A DNA stretch of 64,000 bases from Candidatus Brocadiia bacterium (GTDB taxonomy: Bacteria; Planctomycetota; Brocadiia; CAIUPP01): positions 1-64,000 of the forward strand of contig JBEKCB010000028.1 in the NCBI GenBank assembly GCA_050015075.1, given 5' to 3'. The notes beneath the pieces are model-generated. The model had not been told where the DNA came from and ran no database searches. It was given only the letters and a program-made list of their open reading frames with translations. A program made the position numbers and the translations under genes. Within the stretch, counting starts at the first letter, position 1. Each line of letters opens with the position of its first letter. Shown one piece after another: positions 56,209 through 64,000 of the stretch.

Positions 56209-57852
56209 TCATGTTTCCAGGCCGAAGACGTTCAGAGACAATCGGAAGACCATCAACTGGACTGCGGCCAGCGCCAGGACGGCGCCCGCAATCCAGCCGC
56301 GCTTGCCGTCCAGAGAGACCAGCGCGCAGGCGCCCGCGGCCGCCCCGAAGGGCATCAGGAACATCCAGAGCCGCGCCACTTCGCCGAGATTCCTGCCGGA
56401 GAAGTTGAGCGCGGCCAGGACGATCAGCAGCGCCCAGGGAAGGCTCGAAAGGGCGCGACGCCGTCTCTCGGGCCACCACCGGCGAAAGTCCATCGCCATG
56501 GTGGCCAGCAGCAAAAGAAACGCCGGCAGACCGGCGAAAATCGCGAACTCGACCGGATTGAACAGCGTCCACGCCCAGTATGACCTCGGAAAAAGCGCAG
56601 CGAACGTTGCGTGTTGAGACAGACACGTCCTCCACACGCTCCATACATCGTACTCAAAGTAGAGCGCCGGTAGCAAGGCACAACCCAGGAAGCCGGCGGC
56701 CCAGCCGCATATCGCGCGCAGCCATCCGCCGCGCCCGGGTCCGCCGCATCCCTCGACGGCGCCTCGCCACGCGGCCAGGAGCGAGTATGCGCCGATCAAC
56801 GCCACGGCCGCAAGCAGCGCCATGCTCCAGAGCAGCCCGGCGACCACGATTGCGCCCGAGAGCGCGGCCCAGGCCACGCTGCCGCGCCGCAGCGCGCGGC
56901 GCCACGAATAGAGAGCGGCGACTGCAAACAGCGGAAACAGCAGGTCCGGGTAAGGCGAGAAGAGATGCAAGCTCGGGATCAACGCCGAAAGCGCCAGCGC
57001 GAGCAGGGCCGTTTCGCGCGAGCAGATGTCGCGGACAAGCAGGTAAACCAGGATCAGCGCGAGCCAGAATCCCAGTCTGAATAAAAGGGCCGAGGCCCAG
57101 ATGCCAGCGAATTGCCCGTCTGAAAGATTCCATCGCGCAAGTTGCCCGGCGACCCGGCGCCACGTGGACGTGGCCGGCCCGCCTCGGCCGCCGAGGTTGA
57201 TGACTTCGTCCGCGCCCGCGGGCGTGAACCAGCGCGCCGCCGCGGGCCAGTGATCGAGCGCGCGGTTCACCGCCCAGTGAAAAACCACAGGCCCGGCGGG
57301 ATGATCGGCGATATGGCCGCGGATGGGGTCGTCCACCCGCAACCGCGGGATCATCCCGGCGTAATCTTTCAGGTACGCGCCCATGTCCGACACGTGAACC
57401 GCCTCGGCGTAGTAGCCGCCGGCCCACGGCGCGACGATGGAATTGTACGCGTCGTACGGCGCTGTCGGAACCGCCTGCGCCGTTTCAAGAATGATGCCGA
57501 GGCTCAGAGCCGCGCACAGGCCTGCCGCGAGGACCTCGCTGCGTTTCTCCGAGAGGCCGCGCCGCAGGAAAACTGCGACGACCGCGGCCATGAGCGCGCA
57601 GAGGAAGAGCGTCGGCACGCCGGCGGCGCAACTTTCCGGCCGGGGAAAATATAGCCATTGCCACTCGCGCGCGATCCCGATATGCCACGCCTGCGTCCAG
57701 ACCAGCGCGCTGACCAGGAGCGTCGAGAGCGCGACGAGGGCCAGGAGGGCGATTCTCAATGGGCCGGCCGATTGCGGGAATGGCGGGCATTCATCGGCTC
57801 GGTTCGAGGGCGAAGGGGCCGCGGTTCCATCATTGAACAGCGGATTCACCAT
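56209..57852 (-). CDS. multi-TM GT-C-like membrane protein
   Basis: HPAGP motif, PYPD, GEVARLW; about 11 TMs. Confidence 0.7.
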   Translation of the reverse strand: MVNPLFNDGTAAPSPSNRADECPPFPQSAGPLRIALLALVALSTLLVSALVWTQAWHIGIAREWQWLYFPRPESCAAGVPTLFLCALMAAVVAVFLRRGLSEKRSEVLAAGLCAALSLGIILETAQAVPTAPYDAYNSIVAPWAGGYYAEAVHVSDMGAYLKDYAGMIPRLRVDDPIRGHIADHPAGPVVFHWAVNRALDHWPAAARWFTPAGADEVINLGGRGGPATSTWRRVAGQLARWNLSDGQFAGIWASALLFRLGFWLALILVYLLVRDICSRETALLALALSALIPSLHLFSPYPDLLFPLFAVAALYSWRRALRRGSVAWAALSGAIVVAGLLWSMALLAAVALIGAYSLLAAWRGAVEGCGGPGRGGWLRAICGWAAGFLGCALLPALYFEYDVWSVWRTCLSQHATFAALFPRSYWAWTLFNPVEFAIFAGLPAFLLLLATMAMDFRRWWPERRRRALSSLPWALLIVLAALNFSGRNLGEVARLWMFLMPFGAAAGACALVSLDGKRGWIAGAVLALAAVQLMVFRLSLNVFGLET

Positions 57853-57864
57853 GCCATCTCGATG

Positions 57865-58644
57865 TCATTTGCCGAAGAGTTTCTTGACTGCGCCGCTGAG
57901 GCCTTCGCCGGTCTTCTCCAGGTTTTGCGGAAGGTCGCTGGCTTCCTTCTTGAGGCCTGGGAGAATCTCTTTCGTGAAGGTATCGGGGAGCGATTTCACC
58001 TGGCTGGTAATGCTGCCCGCGAGATTTTTCAGCACCGCCGAGAGAACCTGGTCCGCCGGGATCGCGTTGCCGTGGCCGTCGTCGAGGTTGTTGATCACGA
58101 ACGTGCCGAGCGATACGTCGAGCGACTTGCCGTAGACGATGACATGGACCTTGGCGTTCGACATGGTCAACCGGTCAATTTTCAGCTTCACCGGCTCCTC
58201 TTTTCCCTCGGCCGGCTTGGGCGCCTGTTCGCTGCCCTTCAGGTTGTCCATCAGTGCGGCGACGTTGGTCTTCGGTTTGGCGAATTCATACGTGATCTCA
58301 GGCCCCTCGAGCGTCACGAGGTAAAGATGGATCTCCTTTTTCCTCAGCTTGCCGACTTCCGCCGAAACGCTGATGAGATCGGCTTTCATAAACGACGGAC
58401 TCGTAAAGCCCTTGGGATTCGCCACGTTCAAGCCGTGCAGGGTGATGCTCTTGCCCCACAGCGAGACGTTGGCGCTATCGAGGCGCGTCTCGACGCCCAG
58501 GGCGCGCGTGCCGCCGATCTGGATTCCCTCCCGGACGAACGAGTCGAGATTGAAAAGAAGGATCAGGATCACCAGTAACGGTATTCCGATGATGATCGCC
58601 GCGATGATCCACAGCGTGCCTTTCGCCCTCTTGGAAAGAGTCAT
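57865..58644 (-). CDS. AsmA/DUF748-like membrane-anchored protein
   Basis: N-terminal TM; VANPKGF, PEITYE..TNV, LKIDRL; GGAGG RBS. Confidence 0.75.
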   Translation of the reverse strand: MTLSKRAKGTLWIIAAIIIGIPLLVILILLFNLDSFVREGIQIGGTRALGVETRLDSANVSLWGKSITLHGLNVANPKGFTSPSFMKADLISVSAEVGKLRKKEIHLYLVTLEGPEITYEFAKPKTNVAALMDNLKGSEQAPKPAEGKEEPVKLKIDRLTMSNAKVHVIVYGKSLDVSLGTFVINNLDDGHGNAIPADQVLSAVLKNLAGSITSQVKSLPDTFTKEILPGLKKEASDLPQNLEKTGEGLSGAVKKLFGK

Positions 58645-58798
58645 TTTCGTCCCTCCAAAGACCCCATCTTGATCCGAGCTTCCCCTAAGAACAGTTGTAC
58701 GGCACGCCGCGCGGCATGTCAAGTTCGAGGGATTGAAGAACGGGCGCCTTCCGACTATAGTGACCGATGCCCACAATGCCGCGAGGGAGGAAACAGTC

Positions 58799-59905
58799 AT
58801 GCCGCTGAAGTTCAGGATGCAGCTGATCGCCGACGAGCGATACGAGTCGGCCTGCGCCTTCGACGTGAACGGCGACGGCACGCTCGATATCGTGTCGGGC
58901 GCGTACTGGTACGAAGGGCCGGATTTCGTGAAGAAACATCCGGTCGGAGAGGTCAAGGCGTTCGAGGAGTACTACGACGATTTCTCGGCGATCCCGCTGG
59001 ATATCAACGGCGACGGACGGCCGGATTTCGTCACGGGCGGCTGGTGGGGCAATTCGCTTCGCTGGCGCGAGAACCCTGGCCATCCCGACAAGGCCTGGCC
59101 GGAGCACGTGATCGCCGAAACCGGGAGCATCGAGACGACCCGAGCCTGGGACGTGGATCGCGACGGGCAGTTGGAGATCGTTCCGAATACGCCCGGCGGG
59201 CCGCTGGTGGTCTACAAGCTGGTCACCGACTCCGCCGGCCATGGAACCGGCGCGTTCAGGGCGCACAAGATATTCGATCGCCCGCAGGACCATGGTCTCG
59301 GATTCGGAGACATCTCCGGCAAACGGCGCGGCGATTTCGTGATGACCCAGGGTTGGCTGGAGGCGCCGGAGGACACTTATGCGGGCGCCTGGACCTGGCA
59401 TCCTGAGTTCAACCTCGGCTCCGCCAGCATCCCGGTGCTGGTGGCCGACGTGAACGGCGACGGCGTCAACGACCTCATCGTCGGCCAGGCGCACAACTAC
59501 GGCCTGTCCTGGTGGGAGCAGCGCCGCCGCGCCGACGGAACGCGCCAGTGGATCGAGCATCCGATCGATCCGTTCAACTCGCAGTATCACGACATGCACT
59601 GGGTGGACATTGACGGCGACGGCCGGCCCGAACTGGTCACCGGCAAACGCTACCGCGCGCACAACGACAACGACCCGGGCTCGTTCGATGATTACGGCAT
59701 CCACTACTTCAAGTGGAACGGCGAATCGTTCACCAAGATTCCCATCATCTTCGGCAAGGTTCGAGAGACGAAAGGGCTGGGGATATTCAGCCAGGTGGTT
59801 GACTTGAACGGCGACGGTCGGCTGGATATTCTCGCGCCCGGCAAAGACGGGCTTGCGATTCTCTGGAATGTGCAGGAGATTGACCGGACTCCGGTGAAGC
59901 GCTGA
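58799..59905 (+). CDS. FG-GAP/VCBS repeat beta-propeller protein
   Basis: Seven DxNGDGxxD-type repeats. Confidence 0.88.
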   Translation: MPLKFRMQLIADERYESACAFDVNGDGTLDIVSGAYWYEGPDFVKKHPVGEVKAFEEYYDDFSAIPLDINGDGRPDFVTGGWWGNSLRWRENPGHPDKAWPEHVIAETGSIETTRAWDVDRDGQLEIVPNTPGGPLVVYKLVTDSAGHGTGAFRAHKIFDRPQDHGLGFGDISGKRRGDFVMTQGWLEAPEDTYAGAWTWHPEFNLGSASIPVLVADVNGDGVNDLIVGQAHNYGLSWWEQRRRADGTRQWIEHPIDPFNSQYHDMHWVDIDGDGRPELVTGKRYRAHNDNDPGSFDDYGIHYFKWNGESFTKIPIIFGKVRETKGLGIFSQVVDLNGDGRLDILAPGKDGLAILWNVQEIDRTPVKR

Positions 59906-59945
59906 AGCGGCGTCTTGCGCCGGCTGGAAGAAGCGGAGGCTTGCC

Positions 59946-61007
59946 ATGGCCGAGCAGCGAACTGTGCGGATCGGTTTTGTCGGCGTCGGCACGATGGGCC
60001 AGTGCGCCCACTTGAGGAATTACGCCACCCTGCCTGATTGCGAGGTGGTCGCCATCGCCGAGCCGCGCGAGGATGTGGGTCGCAAGGTGGCCGCGCGCTA
60101 CCAAATCCCCAAGGTCTATCGCACACATGAAGAAATGTTTGCGGCCGAGAAGCTCGACGGGATCGTGGCCGCGCAGCCGTTCACGCGTCACGGGGCGTTC
60201 ATCCCGGAGATTCTCAAAGCGCGCGTGCCGGTCTTCATTGAGAAGCCGATCGCCGCTTCGATCTCCATGGGCGAGAGAATCGTGCAGGCCGTCAAAGAGA
60301 ACGGCTCCTTTCTCATGGTCGGCTACCACAAGCGCTGCGACCCGGCCACGATGTGGGCTAAGAAGGAAATTGACGCGCTGAAAAAATCCGGCGAAATCGG
60401 CAAACTCCGCTACGTGCGCATCCTCATGCCGGCCGGCGACTGGGTGGCCGGAGGCCTCTATGACCTGGTCCAGGGCGCGGCTCACCAGCCGGCGTTCGGC
60501 CCGGACCCGAGGCCCTCGGACATGGATGAGGAGCTGTACGACTCCTACGTGGCCTTTGTGAATTACTACATCCACCAGGTAAACCTGATGCGCCATCTGC
60601 TGGGCGAGCCGTATTCGCTCAAGTACGCCGCGGCGTCGGGCGTCATGCTGGCCGGCGAAAGCCGGAGCGGCGTCGCGTGCGTGCTGGAAATGAGCCCCTA
60701 CGAGACGACGCTCGATTGGCAGGAATCGGCGCTGGTGGCCTTCGAGCATGGTTGGGTCCGGCTCGACCTGCCGGCGCCGTTGGCGATGTTTCGGGCGGGG
60801 AGCGTGGAAATCTTCAAGGACCCTTCCAGGGACGCGACGCCGCAGCGGATCAGTCCGCAGTTTCCCTCCGTGCACGCGATGCGCCAGCAGGCGATTAATT
60901 TCATCCGCGCCGTTCGCGGTGAAATGCCGCCCATGACCGGCGCGGCTGAGGCGCTGGAGGACCTGCGCGTCGCCCGCCAGTACATCCGCCTCTGGAAAGG
61001 GCGTTGA
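59946..61007 (+). CDS. Gfo/Idh/MocA family oxidoreductase
   Basis: IGFVGVGTMG, IEKP, GYHKR. Confidence 0.9.
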   Translation: MAEQRTVRIGFVGVGTMGQCAHLRNYATLPDCEVVAIAEPREDVGRKVAARYQIPKVYRTHEEMFAAEKLDGIVAAQPFTRHGAFIPEILKARVPVFIEKPIAASISMGERIVQAVKENGSFLMVGYHKRCDPATMWAKKEIDALKKSGEIGKLRYVRILMPAGDWVAGGLYDLVQGAAHQPAFGPDPRPSDMDEELYDSYVAFVNYYIHQVNLMRHLLGEPYSLKYAAASGVMLAGESRSGVACVLEMSPYETTLDWQESALVAFEHGWVRLDLPAPLAMFRAGSVEIFKDPSRDATPQRISPQFPSVHAMRQQAINFIRAVRGEMPPMTGAAEALEDLRVARQYIRLWKGR

Positions 61008-61137
61008 GCCGGCCGCCGGTCGCGGTTGAAACTTTTCCTCAAGCGGCGTATATTGAGTCTGAGAGGGCAGCGAAAGCTGCGCGATTCGCCCGCAGGCCCT
61101 GTGGCTTCGGTGTTCCCGTTTTCCTTCTTGCACTGAC

Positions 61138-64000
<2,863 letters not shown>

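Overview
High-GC bacterial chromosome segment. The many Ser/Thr kinases, HEAT/TPR/FG-GAP/FHA proteins, DapL and a long SecA suggest Planctomycetota/PVC (inference). No rRNA, tRNA, CRISPR array or transposase was seen. In order: a kinase with an N-terminal HEPN-like RNxxAH domain, cut by the window edge and missing from the ORF track; a secreted heparinase II/III-like lyase; a surface-glycan locus (methyltransferase, Wzm/Wzt, two GT-C-like proteins, a two-domain GT, a tandem GT4 duplication, WcaJ); small basic proteins; pilT; a pfkB kinase; dapL-comF; a sigma54-promoter-linked stand-alone Fis-HTH gene; a paralogous membrane-anchored helical pair; a receiver-kinase; lysA-HEAT-maf-flippase-like genes; an operon led by a degenerate PilZ + catalytically dead LexA/S24 fusion; a complete V/A-type ATPase operon preceded by an HTH-PTS EIIA gene; an ABC permease; a frameshifted T2SSF fragment; MazG; a giant kinase-TPR-TM-FGE protein; a CcdA-thioredoxin/ferritin-like/Cys-repeat histone-like cluster; FHA, TPR, HEAT, GT-C, AsmA, FG-GAP and oxidoreductase genes; and an open-ended secA with a 71-aa tandemly repeated wing region. 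The best novelty candidates are the PilZ-S24 operon, the HEPN-kinase, the sigma54/Fis-HTH locus and the SecA repeat expansion. All calls come from motif recognition by eye; no database search was run.
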